From positions 14,200 to 78,199 of the forward strand of contig JAZJZK010000053.1 of the NCBI GenBank assembly GCA_040389905.1: DNA of 64,000 bases, read 5' to 3'. The number at the start of each line of letters is the position of its first letter. Position 1 is the first letter of the stretch. The position numbers and the translations under genes are program-made. The notes beneath the pieces are model-generated. The model ran no database searches and was not told where the DNA came from. It saw only the letters and a program-made list of their open reading frames with translations. Below, piece by piece: positions 53,960 through 63,286 of the stretch. The DNA is from Gemmatimonadota bacterium (GTDB lineage Bacteria > Gemmatimonadota > Gemmatimonadetes > Gemmatimonadales > Gemmatimonadaceae).

Positions 53960-54391
53960 CGCGTCTCCCGGCGCGCACAACACGCCGCCCGTACCGTCGC
54001 GCGGACATCGCGGTCCATCGCTCACGTAGGTCAAATACGAACGCACGTTGCGCGGTCGCTGCTCGACGTTGCTCGGCCGTGTCTACACGTTGCTCGGCCG
54101 TCTCTACACGTTGCTCGGCCGACAGACAGCGTGCGGCGGATCGTTCGCGCGGTTGCCCGGTCGCGCCGTCACGTGTCGCGTGCAGTGGCTCTCGTTGCCA
54201 GAATACTCGACCACGTCTCGACGCATGCTCTCGCTGCTCGTCGGCGTACGTTGCATGTGTCGTGGGTGATCCTGATGCCTGCCGGAGTCGTTGCGCCCGG
54301 CGTTGCCTGGCCCTTTCGCCACGTGTCGCAGGCGGTTCACCCGACTGTTCGTTCCATCCAGCGCGCGCCGCGGACGCCCAGCCACGTTGCG
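53960..54391. repeat. Degenerate 21-nt tandem array B (about 20 units)
   Basis: cacgt(t/g)-like core at 53981, 54023, 54044, 54065, 54086, 54107, 54170, 54191, 54212, 54254, then +3 shift to 54320, 54383. Confidence 0.8.
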
Positions 54392-55302
54392 AGTAAGGCT
54401 CCGCCTGATCATCGGACGGCTCGCAACTTGGCTCGAACGAATGACACAGTTGTGATTGCACAATGGAGGAGCAGAACTCCGATCCACACAGCAGGGCTGG
54501 CAGACTGCAGTTTGGAGCGCTCGCAGAGTGCGACACGGGAATCGGTTCGCACGGCGCACGAACATTTCCGGCTCCTGGCGCGGCCGAGACGATCGGTCTG
54601 TAACCCAGCGATAGAAGCCGTCATTTCAACGGTCCACGAAGCGGGATCGGAACACAGTGCCAGCCTCAGAGCGTGGTCTCGGGTCTAGGAGAACACCTGT
54701 CGCCGAGCTGGTAGCGACTTCGCCGCTGCACTGGACTGGCTGCGACGTGGCTAAGGCTGTGACTTGCACCTGTTGCCGGTCGGACGTCGCCCGGTCAATT
54801 ACGCCCGGTGAATGGACGTGCCATGTCCTTGGTGGCGAAGCCGGATTAGGCTGACCAGTCGAATGCTGGTGAGGGCTGGTCACTGCGACAAACGATTCGA
54901 AGAATGGATGCGGAATCAAGTTCTGGCAGTCGCCGAATGTCGTTTCGGAGGGTCAGCAGACTTTGCGTTGGCCCGCAACACGATGAATACTCAACCGGGG
55001 TTGTATGCCAACTTTGGAGTCATCCCCGTGGCGGCGGTGCGCTCTCTATCGCTCGTACCGCTCGATCCGCAGTGCCCGTCCGCGTTCGTCAGCGACGATA
55101 CGTTCCGCACCTGCAATCGTCGTCCGCCGCCACCTGACTCGCCTGGCCAATTCCTCGAGCGCCGTGCGTGCGCGACTGTCTGCGCCTCGAAGCGCAAGGG
55201 TCATCGAAACGATCACCGGTTGATTGCGGTCCGGAGAGGGAGCGGGCTGCCTCGGTGGGCCACGCCCTGCTTTTTGTCCGATCGTGGCGTAGATTCCTGC
55301 AC

Positions 55303-55559
55303 GTGCCAACCGTTCTGCGTGTTGCCGGCTACGGTTCTACTTCTGGAGTCGAGAGAATCGCGAGCCACCGCATGTCCATATCGAGCAGGCGGAACGGTAC
55401 GCGAAGTTCTGGCTGTCGCCGGTTTTGCTCGCGGATGCCCGGGGGTTCCGTAGCCACGAGCTCAGCGAGCTGCGACGACTCGTTGAGGAGCACGCGACGT
55501 CTTTCCAGGAGAAGTGGGATGAGCACCTCCGCAGTCAGGGCCCATCGGGCCCAACCTGA
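55303..55559 (+). pseudogene. DUF4160-family protein (putative TA toxin), frameshifted
   Basis: MPTVLRVAGY / RFYFWSRENREPPHVHIE...AKFWL...W; one base missing near 55332. Confidence 0.8.
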
Positions 55560-55776
55560 GCCACTCGCCGTCGAGGCTTGGTGTGATGAGAACACCCTGC
55601 ACGTCCGTCTCGCTGACGCGCGCGAGATCGCGGTGCCCCTTGAGTGGTTTCCACGGTTGCGCGACGCGACACCTGAGCAACGGCAACATTGGCGGCTCAT
55701 CGGCGGCGGGATCGGCCTCCACTGGGAGGAAGTCGACGAGGATATTTCCGTGGATAGTCTTCTCGCCACGAAGTAG
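55519..55776 (+). CDS. DUF2442-family protein (putative antitoxin)
   Basis: L.D.R.I.VPLEWFPRL..AT..QR..W...GGG.GLHWEEVDEDISV. Confidence 0.88.
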   Translation: MSTSAVRAHRAQPEPLAVEAWCDENTLHVRLADAREIAVPLEWFPRLRDATPEQRQHWRLIGGGIGLHWEEVDEDISVDSLLATK

Positions 55777-55801
55777 TCGGGCCAGCTCCGAGCCACCTGC
55801 G

Positions 55802-55881
55802 GGCTAACGCGTTGCAGCAGACAAGGCGTTACTTCGCTCGCATTTGATTTGATGCCTTGCTGCTGAACTTGGGCGTTATAC
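55802..55881 (+). mobile_element. Integron attC site 1
   Basis: GGCTAAC-gcgttgcagcagacaaggc...gccttgctgctgaac-ttgggc-GTTATAC: R''/R' boxes and imperfect palindrome with extrahelical bases. Confidence 0.8.
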
Positions 55882-55895
55882 ATCAACAGGTCATC

Positions 55896-56365
55896 GTGGC
55901 ACGCGACCTATCTGACATCGAATGCCTTCTCGGCGAATACGAGCTCTACGACGCCGACATCGTCGCGCACGGCTTTCTCCCACACCTGCGCGACTATCAA
56001 CTCTTGGTCGAGCGGTTCAGCAACGCGCCGATCGGCCTATTCGAGTACGTGTTCGAAGGCTGCATGGAGGTTCGATACGCCGTGACACTGCCGGCGAGCG
56101 CCGTCAGCATGGATCCCCGATTGGTCGAGCGCGACGCGACAGAGGTTCCCGACGGCTTTGTTTGGTCGGTCGGCTCCGTTTGTAGCGCGGAGGAAGGCAC
56201 GTCGGTCAGCGAAACGTCCGCTCGCGCAGTCTACTGGTCAGATCGACTGGGCCGACCGATGTTCGAGGTCGAGATCGGCACAATGTCTTCGCGCTGTCGC
56301 TCGTGTTCTGGGATCTCAGGATTCGTCGCGCAGGTGAGGATGACGAGATCGATCCGGGCGCCTGA
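55896..56365 (+). pseudogene. YxiG-like cassette gene, frameshifted
   Basis: D..I..HGF....RDY...Y.F..C...W...LG.PM.EV.I.T / NVFALSLVF.DL; shift near 56282. Confidence 0.65.
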
Positions 56366-56366
56366 T

Positions 56367-56400
56367 GTATTGCCTGTGCCATACCAGACGGGCGTTATGC
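56367..56400 (+). mobile_element. Collapsed attC remnant 2
   Basis: GTATTGC right after the cassette stop and gggc-GTTATGC end; central palindrome lost. Confidence 0.5.
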
Positions 56401-56448
56401 AGCAACGGTCCCACTTGCCGGTAAGGCTCTGCCGAGGCAGTTTTCAGC

Positions 56449-56691
56449 ATGGCCAGTCCCGCCTTCGACTATCGCAACTTGAGCGTCTCCGAGCGGCTTC
56501 GACTCGTCGGTGATATCTGGGATAGCATTGCGGCGGATGCGAGCACCTCCCCGGAGGCCCTTCCCCTGTCAGAGGCCCAGAAGGCGGAGCTGGATCGCCG
56601 GATCGCGGAGCATGATGCCGACCCGTCGCGCGCCGTTCCCATGGACGAGTCACTCGCTCGCATTCGCGCACAGTTTCGTCGTCCCGCGTAG
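56449..56691 (+). CDS. Addiction module antitoxin component (TIGR02574-like)
   Basis: LSVSERLRLV.DIWDSI...LSEAQKAELDRR. Confidence 0.88.
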   Translation: MASPAFDYRNLSVSERLRLVGDIWDSIAADASTSPEALPLSEAQKAELDRRIAEHDADPSRAVPMDESLARIRAQFRRPA

Positions 56692-56712
56692 CTCTCGCGA
56701 ACACACCGATCG

Positions 56713-57021
56713 TTGATCACCCATGCCCGGCGCCGGATTGTCTTCTCGTCCGCGGCCGATCTGGATGTCGCTGAGGCCGCGTTGTGGTATGACGCGCGTC
56801 AAGCGGGCCTGGGCGAGCGCTTCCTTGCAGCGATCGAGACAGCTGTTACTGCCGCCGCGCGCTCGCCCCAGCTGTACTTTCGCATTCACGGCGAGCTGCG
56901 CCGGGTCTTAGTGCACCGATTTCCCTACGCGTTGATGTTTCGCGACACGGACACTGAGTTGCTGATCGTATCATGCTATCATCTCCATGACGACCCCAAG
57001 GTCTGGCAATCGCGTGGCTGA
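56713..57021 (+). CDS. RelE/ParE-family toxin
   Basis: A..D..EA..WY....GLG.RF...RR..V.RFPY...H...P..W. Confidence 0.88.
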   Translation: MITHARRRIVFSSAADLDVAEAALWYDARQAGLGERFLAAIETAVTAAARSPQLYFRIHGELRRVLVHRFPYALMFRDTDTELLIVSCYHLHDDPKVWQSRG

Positions 57022-57022
57022 T

Positions 57023-57116
57023 GTATAGCGTGCGTTGGAGCAGCCGAGCGGTCTTTGGAAGCTCGCTTCGCTCGCATTTTGTTTGATCCGCTCGCAGCTC
57101 AACTTGGGCGTTAGAC
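57023..57116 (+). mobile_element. Integron attC site 3
   Basis: GTATAGC-gtgcgttggagcagccgagcgg...ccgctcgcagctcaac-ttgggc-GTTAGAC; similar to attC 1. Confidence 0.8.
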
Positions 57117-57131
57117 TGCACCCCGGACACA

Positions 57132-57850
57132 ATGCCGCGTCAGATTGTCGTTTTTGACACCAATGTTTATCGACACCTGTCGCGCGCCGCCGCGATTGCG
57201 CTGCGCCTCGCGCAGCGCGAGTGCAGTGTCATCGCGTGCGCGAACTTTTGGACCATCATGGAATTGGGTGCGCACTTGGCCGATCCAAGTGATGGCTCGT
57301 TTCGAGCTGCGCACGCGGCCTTGCAGACGCTCTGGGATCATTGCACCCAGTACGACGGATCCAGCATGCAGTTGCGAATCGCACCAGAGCCGGACAGCCA
57401 GTTGGTCTTGGCGCTCTTTCATCGACACATTCCCGGCCGCGCCGAAGAGACGAACAGGTATGCTTTCCTGGTAAAGGCACTAGCGGACGTTCCGGTTGGA
57501 GAGATTCCTGCGGTCGTCCAACCTCTTGTTGAGCATCTCCGCCAGCACCGAGATGAGGTCGAAGCAGCCTTCGCGGAGGACATGCGGAGTGTCGTGAAGG
57601 GCATCGACCCGGCGGCCGCTGGATGGCAGCCGTTCGCTAACGATCCTTCGCGACGCCGAGAAGAACTTCGTTCCGCGCGAGCGGGTGATACGCTACCCGT
57701 TGTGGCGACTGCGATGGTTGCCAGAGCTTCCGCTGCCGCCGGCATCCGCCTGTCCGAGGAGGACGATATTGTTGGCCGAGTGCGTTTCGTACTCGACAAT
57801 TCCCTACGCCGTTGCACTTCTACAATAACTGCCTCAACGGTCGGAGGTGC
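57132..57850 (+). pseudogene. Cassette gene with PIN-like N-terminal motif, 3' disrupted
   Basis: IVVFDTNVY start 15 nt after attC; apparent frameshift near 57800, then junction into the BrnT remnant. Confidence 0.5.
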
Positions 57851-57894
57851 GCCCGGTGCAACGCATGGGTGCGGTGGCGTAGCGGGATCGCGTC

Positions 57895-58123
57895 ATTAGC
57901 TTCGAGGAGGCCGAGACCGCCTTCTCCGATGAGGATGCGATCATCCTGCCCGATCCGGAGCACCCGCACGGAAGAGCGCCTTGTCCTGATTGGGCTCAGC
58001 GTCGCGTTGCGCGTCTTGGTAGTCGTTCATTGCGAGCCGGATTCCAGCGCCGGGATCCGCCTGATCTCGGCGCGACGTGCTACTCGTTCTGAGCGTGGCC
58101 AGTATGCCACGCGGTGGAAGTGA
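57895..58123 (+). pseudogene. BrnT-family toxin, N-terminally truncated and frameshifted
   Basis: ISFEEAETAFSDEDAIILPDPEH / EERLVLIG.S...LVVVHC...IRLISARRAT..ER..Y; the WD..K...N..KH start is absent. Confidence 0.8.
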
Positions 58124-58353
58124 TGCGGAAGGAATACGATTTCTCGAAGGGCAAGCGCAATCCGTACGCCAAACAGCTCAAGCAGTCGGTCACGATGCGC
58201 CTCGACCGAACGACGGTCGAGTACTTCAAAGGCTTGGCCGGCGAGCTGGATGTTCCGTACCAGACGTTGATCAACCTGTATCTCCGCGACTGCGCGCTGA
58301 CAGGGCGCCGCCCCGCGATGACTTGGCGACCATCACGGTCCGGCGCCGCATAA
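58123..58353 (+). CDS. BrnA-family antitoxin
   Basis: MRKEYDFSKGKRNPY...VTMRLD....YFK......PYQTLINLYLRDC. Confidence 0.9.
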   Translation: MRKEYDFSKGKRNPYAKQLKQSVTMRLDRTTVEYFKGLAGELDVPYQTLINLYLRDCALTGRRPAMTWRPSRSGAA

Positions 58354-58375
58354 GCGTTCGTTGGAGCAGTCAAGG
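58348..58375 (+). mobile_element. Left half of attC remnant 4
   Basis: GCATAAg overlapping the BrnA stop, followed by cgttcgttggagcagtcaag similar to the left arms of attC 1 and 3. Confidence 0.55.
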
Positions 58376-58451
58376 GTGCTAAGGTAGCTCGCCGAGACGA
58401 TCGAGCAACGGAAAAGGACAGGTGGAAGGCGGACGGCCGATGGGGCAGGGC

Positions 58452-61136
58452 CTAGCGCATCTTGAACATCCGCTCCAGCTCAGCCGCGATGTTCAGCACG
58501 ATCTCCAGGTGTCGCGCTCGCGGGTTCGCCGCCATCACGAACGTGGAGTCGCCGGGCATTACCGCGAAGCCCTGTCCAAGGCTGCGCGAAATCAGCACCA
58601 CGTTCGCGTCGCCGATGTGAAGCTCAGCGCCTGGCCGAACGTCAACCGTGAAGAGTGTGTCCGCGTTCGTGTAGTAGAGCGACTTACCAGCGCGGCCCCA
58701 CCGAGGCTGCGCGCCACCGCCGAGTGAGACGCGATGTAACGTGCCGCCGGCGAGAGCGCGGACGTACACCTCACCACGCCCGCTCTGGTCCGAGGTGAAC
58801 GCCAGCAGCGTCCCGTCGGCGCTCACGGCAGGGCTTTGCTCCGCGTATTCCGTAGCGGCGACGGTATCGAGCGTGGCGGCATTGTCGACAGCGATCCGGA
58901 ACAAATCGCCGGTGGGCGTTCCACGTCCGCCACCCGTTCCGATGCGGATAATCCCATGACGTCCGTCGGGCAACCACGCGACGGGCCCGAGCACAGGACC
59001 ACGCCTTCCGCCTTCCCGAACCATGATACTCGTTGGAAACGCACTGCCGTCCCACGGGCGACGCATGAGCGTCGACGTCGTGGGGGTGTCGGCGCTCACT
59101 CGGACGAAGGAAACCTCTTTTCCTCCCGTCATCCAGGACGGACTGGCGTCGCGCAAGTCGGAGCGCAGGCGACTCAGCCGTTCGGAACCCAGTTCATAAA
59201 TATAGAGATTGGAGAGCGGCGGACCGCTTTGGCGCCCACCTCCAGTTGGTGGCGCGGAGCCAGAGGCGACGAGACGCGCTCCATCGGGGGAAAGGGCGAA
59301 ACCAGTGAAGCGAATCGTATCCGGAATGTTCGGGAGCGGCCGCCCCGTTCCACTTCTTCCGGCGATCACCACACCAGAGCCCACCTGATCCGACGCGTGC
59401 ATGTGGACGTAGAGACCGCCGCGCGCCAGCAACAGGTTGGTGCCGGCCGATGTCGTTGACTCGAGCACGCGTGGTGGCTTCACGAACGCGAGCGTCGATT
59501 CGTCGAACGGGCCCGCCATGACGTCGGTGCCGTCGACGTAGAGGAGGTACCCCGGCTGCATGTATTGGGGAGATGCGCCGCTCACACCGAGGGGGATCAG
59601 TTTCCGCGCGCGAATATCGAACGCGTTGAGATGCAGCTCTCCCTTCTCCTCGAGCACGATGATCAACCCGCCGCCGTCTGGCAGCGCGACGATGTCGGTG
59701 ACGGGAGCGCTCGTCGCCAACAGGGTATCGACGGCGCCACCTTCCGCACGTACGCGTGCGATCACGCGCGCAGGACCATCGCCGCTCTGATCGGGCAGCC
59801 CAAAGTAGACGTAACCGTCGCTGCTCCACGACCCGCCACGCGCGCCATTTGCCACGAGCGAACGAGGCGGTCCGCCGGTGAGCGAGACGATCGCAAGGCC
59901 ACCACGTCCCGAAAGGAGCGCCTCAGTGCCACTCGGACCAACGTCGCGCAATTGCCCGAATCCAGAGACGCCGTCACGCACCCGCCGGATCGAAAGGCTG
60001 TCGAGCGGTCGTTCAAAGAAGCCGGACTGGTTTGCCCAGACGATTCGAGACCCATCTCGGCTGAGCACGACCTGCGGGCTGAACGTCGAGTCGGGAATCT
60101 GGACGTCGAAGCGCGCGACGAGACCGGTCTGTGCGGCAGCGTTCGGGCGCAGCCACGCAGACGCCAACGCGCCGGTTGCAAGGAGTGCAACTGCGGCGGC
60201 GGTGACGACGGGCCATCGTGCGACGACGGTTCCTCGCGACCGCCGCGCCGCATACTCCGCCGCCACCGCAGGCGTCGTGTACGCGGGATCGTGCAGCGCG
60301 GCAACGAACGCCTCGCACGACGCGAATCGATCGGCGGGGACCTTGCTCAGCGCCGTCAGGCACGCGGCGGCGACGTTGGCTGGTACGGCGCGCCGCAGCG
60401 TCGTCACCGCCACCGGCTCCGCCGTCATCACCTTGGAGACGACGGCCTGCGTCGTCGGGCCCGTGAATGGCGGTTCGCCGCAGAGCATCTCGTACAGCAC
60501 GCATCCGAGGGCCCAGATATCGGCGCGCCCGTCGAGCGTGCGGTCACCGACGACCTGCTCGGGACTCATGTACTCCGGCGTGCCGAGCGACATCCCGGAT
60601 TCCGTCAGCCGCTCGCCGGCACGCGCCCGCGTGGCAGCGAGGGCGATGCCGAAGTCCGCCAGAAACGGCGTCCCGTCGTGCAGCAGGATGTTGGCCGGCT
60701 TGATATCACGATGGATGACGCCGCGCCGGTGCGCGTAATCGAGGGCTCCAGCGAGGCCGGCGATGATGCGCACCGCCTGGGGCACGGGCAACTGCTTCTC
60801 GCGCATGAGCAGTTCACGCAGCGACTCCCCTTCGACGAAGGGCATGACGTAGAAGGCCGTGCCGTCGAGCTCTCCGGAGTCGATCAGCCCGAGGATGTAC
60901 GGGTGCTGCAGCTGCGCGATCGTGCGAATCTCCTCGAGAAAGCGATCGGTACCGACCGTGGCGGCAAGCTCGGGACGCAACACCTTGATGGCGACGCGCC
61001 TGTCGTGCCGGACATCTTGCGCGAGGTACACGGTCGCCATGCCGCCGACACCCAACTCGCGATCGATGCGATACCGGCCAGCCAGCGCGGAGGCGACGTG
61101 CTGCATGGGTTTGCTGGAGTCGGCCGAATTGGTCAT
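58452..61136 (-). CDS. Ser/Thr protein kinase with C-terminal TolB/PD40-like propeller
   Basis: LGVGGMATVY, AIK, HRDIKPANI, DFG, GTPEYMSPEQ, TM, beta-propeller repeats. Confidence 0.95.
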   Translation of the reverse strand: MTNSADSSKPMQHVASALAGRYRIDRELGVGGMATVYLAQDVRHDRRVAIKVLRPELAATVGTDRFLEEIRTIAQLQHPYILGLIDSGELDGTAFYVMPFVEGESLRELLMREKQLPVPQAVRIIAGLAGALDYAHRRGVIHRDIKPANILLHDGTPFLADFGIALAATRARAGERLTESGMSLGTPEYMSPEQVVGDRTLDGRADIWALGCVLYEMLCGEPPFTGPTTQAVVSKVMTAEPVAVTTLRRAVPANVAAACLTALSKVPADRFASCEAFVAALHDPAYTTPAVAAEYAARRSRGTVVARWPVVTAAAVALLATGALASAWLRPNAAAQTGLVARFDVQIPDSTFSPQVVLSRDGSRIVWANQSGFFERPLDSLSIRRVRDGVSGFGQLRDVGPSGTEALLSGRGGLAIVSLTGGPPRSLVANGARGGSWSSDGYVYFGLPDQSGDGPARVIARVRAEGGAVDTLLATSAPVTDIVALPDGGGLIIVLEEKGELHLNAFDIRARKLIPLGVSGASPQYMQPGYLLYVDGTDVMAGPFDESTLAFVKPPRVLESTTSAGTNLLLARGGLYVHMHASDQVGSGVVIAGRSGTGRPLPNIPDTIRFTGFALSPDGARLVASGSAPPTGGGRQSGPPLSNLYIYELGSERLSRLRSDLRDASPSWMTGGKEVSFVRVSADTPTTSTLMRRPWDGSAFPTSIMVREGGRRGPVLGPVAWLPDGRHGIIRIGTGGGRGTPTGDLFRIAVDNAATLDTVAATEYAEQSPAVSADGTLLAFTSDQSGRGEVYVRALAGGTLHRVSLGGGAQPRWGRAGKSLYYTNADTLFTVDVRPGAELHIGDANVVLISRSLGQGFAVMPGDSTFVMAANPRARHLEIVLNIAAELERMFKMR

Positions 61137-61240
61137 GTGTAACGCTGTTTCGCCGCGTCGATTCGCGCCACCCCCGGAGATGGTGCAGATTTCTTCCGCT
61201 ACTCCGACGCATGATCAACCGTTTGTCCGAGGCACATGCG

Positions 61241-62512
61241 ATGAATCGCCCACTCCGCCTACTCGGCTTGCTACTCTGTGCGTCGACGCTGTTGGCCGGA
61301 CGCGCACACGATGATCCACCCATGGACTGGATCGATCCCGAGACGGGGCATCGCGTCATTCGCCTGTCGTCCGAAGCGGGTAGCCAGACGCTCTACTTTC
61401 ACGACAACGCGTATTCCGCTGAGGGCGACAAGTTCGTGTTCAGCAGTCCGAGCGGCATCATGATGCTCGATATCTCGAAGCTGGGCGCGCAGCCGCCAAA
61501 GCCGGAGCTCGCCGTGCCGATGGGTGGTGGCGCATATGTGGCTCGTCGCTCGCGCGATGTGTATTTCACGCGGCGGGGGGCCGGTGCGGGGCAGGTGTTC
61601 GCGTTCAACTTCGATACGAGGGCAACGCGCACGGTGGCGAACGCCACGCGCACCCTGATCAACGCGGACGAGACGCAAACCGTCACGACGATTACCGCGG
61701 AAGATCCATCGGGGAAGACGCCGCGGCCTCAGCGGCGGGAACCGCGTCCGCAACTCGAGCGCATGTTCCCGGGGAAGCAGCTCGCCGACCTCTCTCCCGA
61801 ACAGCAGTACGCAGTGACCAAGGAGGACGGACTCGCGCGCCGAGCGATCAATCCGGACGGGATGGCGTTCGTCTTCACGAACCTGAAGACCGGTGAGCCA
61901 CGGACGGTGGGCTATCAGTACGGGTGGCTCAATCACATGCAATTCTCGCCGACAGATCCGAATCTGCTGCTCTACTGCCACGAAGGCACATGGCATGAGG
62001 TGGATCGCATCTGGACGATTCGGACGGACGGCACCGAACAGACGCTCCGGCACAAGCGGACGATGGACATGGAGATCGCCGGCCACGAATTCTGGAGCTT
62101 CGACGGCAAGACGGTATGGTTCGACCTCCAAACGCCACGCAGCGAGGTGTTCTGGATCGCGGGGACGGACATCGCGTCAGGGAAGGAGGTGCGATATCCT
62201 GTCGATCGTGACGCGTGGTCGGTGCATTACAACGTGTCGCGCGACAACACGCTCTTCATGGGCGACGGGGGGGATGAAACACAGGTTGCCTTCTCGAAGA
62301 ACGGACGGTGGATCAACCTCTTCACCGTGCAACCCGGCCAGGCACTGAGGCGCGAGAAGCTCGTGAACATGGCGAACCACAATTACGTCACGGGTCGCGG
62401 CGGCGTGGAGCCCAACGGTTCCATCACGCCAGACAAGAAATGGGTGATCTTCACGGGCAACTTTCACGGTGCCCGCCATGTGTATGCGGTGGAAATCGCA
62501 CGATCGCGCTGA
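61241..62512 (+). CDS. Oligogalacturonate lyase family protein
   Basis: Signal peptide; DP.TG....RL, LYFH, WLNH.QFSP, CHEG.W, HEFW, WSVH. Confidence 0.8.
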   Translation: MNRPLRLLGLLLCASTLLAGRAHDDPPMDWIDPETGHRVIRLSSEAGSQTLYFHDNAYSAEGDKFVFSSPSGIMMLDISKLGAQPPKPELAVPMGGGAYVARRSRDVYFTRRGAGAGQVFAFNFDTRATRTVANATRTLINADETQTVTTITAEDPSGKTPRPQRREPRPQLERMFPGKQLADLSPEQQYAVTKEDGLARRAINPDGMAFVFTNLKTGEPRTVGYQYGWLNHMQFSPTDPNLLLYCHEGTWHEVDRIWTIRTDGTEQTLRHKRTMDMEIAGHEFWSFDGKTVWFDLQTPRSEVFWIAGTDIASGKEVRYPVDRDAWSVHYNVSRDNTLFMGDGGDETQVAFSKNGRWINLFTVQPGQALRREKLVNMANHNYVTGRGGVEPNGSITPDKKWVIFTGNFHGARHVYAVEIARSR

Positions 62513-62551
62513 TCCTGACCCTCATCTGCACGACAATCCACGGAGCGACGC

Positions 62552-63274
62552 ATGCTGAATCCCTTCCTGAGCGAGATCTCGTTGTTCGCCTTCAACTTTG
62601 CGCCGGTCAACTGGGCAGCATGTGACGGACGGCAGCTGATGATCCGCGACAACGAACCGCTTTTCACGCTTCTCGGCTACAGGTTCGGCGGCGATGGCGC
62701 CGGGACATACAGTCTTCCGGACTATCGCGCGTTGGGTCCGCAAGGACTTCAATATTGTATTGCCGTGCAGGCGGCCTATCCCTCAGCGGATGGCCACTCT
62801 CGCGACCAGGCACCCAGCGAGATCGCATTGCTGCCAGTCACATTCACCCCAGGCGGCTGGGCGGAATGCAATGGACAGACGCTGCCGGTGTCCCAGTGCC
62901 CCGCGCTCTACAACGTCATCGGTTCGACCTTCGGGGGCGACGGCCAACAGAGTTTCGGCACACCCAATCTCACGCCGCGCGCACCGGCGGGCTCGCGATA
63001 TTTCATCGCAACCGATGGCGATGTTCCGTTGCCACCGAACCCGTTTGTGGGAGAGGTGCGGCTGTTTCCCACGACCACGACACCCGATGGATGGCTACCG
63101 TGCGACGGCCGCAGAATTGGTGTGGACCAATACGAAGCGCTCTTTACGTTGATCGGCACCACGTTTGCCAGGCCGGGCGATACCTTTCCCATCCCTGACC
63201 TCAGGCAGATCGCCGTGCCCGCTGGCACGCAGTTTTGCATCGCGACCGGCGGATACTTTCCGCAGCGACCGTAA
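62552..63274 (+). CDS. Protein of three tandem phage tail-collar domains
   Basis: Three repeats of EI.LF....P.GW..CDG..L......LF.LIG..FGGDG...F.LPDL...(Y/F)(C/F)IA..G..P. Confidence 0.88.
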   Translation: MLNPFLSEISLFAFNFAPVNWAACDGRQLMIRDNEPLFTLLGYRFGGDGAGTYSLPDYRALGPQGLQYCIAVQAAYPSADGHSRDQAPSEIALLPVTFTPGGWAECNGQTLPVSQCPALYNVIGSTFGGDGQQSFGTPNLTPRAPAGSRYFIATDGDVPLPPNPFVGEVRLFPTTTTPDGWLPCDGRRIGVDQYEALFTLIGTTFARPGDTFPIPDLRQIAVPAGTQFCIATGGYFPQRP

Positions 63275-63286
63275 GGCGGCGCCCGC

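Noticed and set aside
50475..54391. 21-nt arrays as CRISPR arrays
   Set aside because: Units are contiguous with no repeat-spacer alternation, and no cas genes are visible
62552..63274. Prophage suggested by tail-collar domains
   Set aside because: No capsid, terminase, integrase or other tail genes nearby
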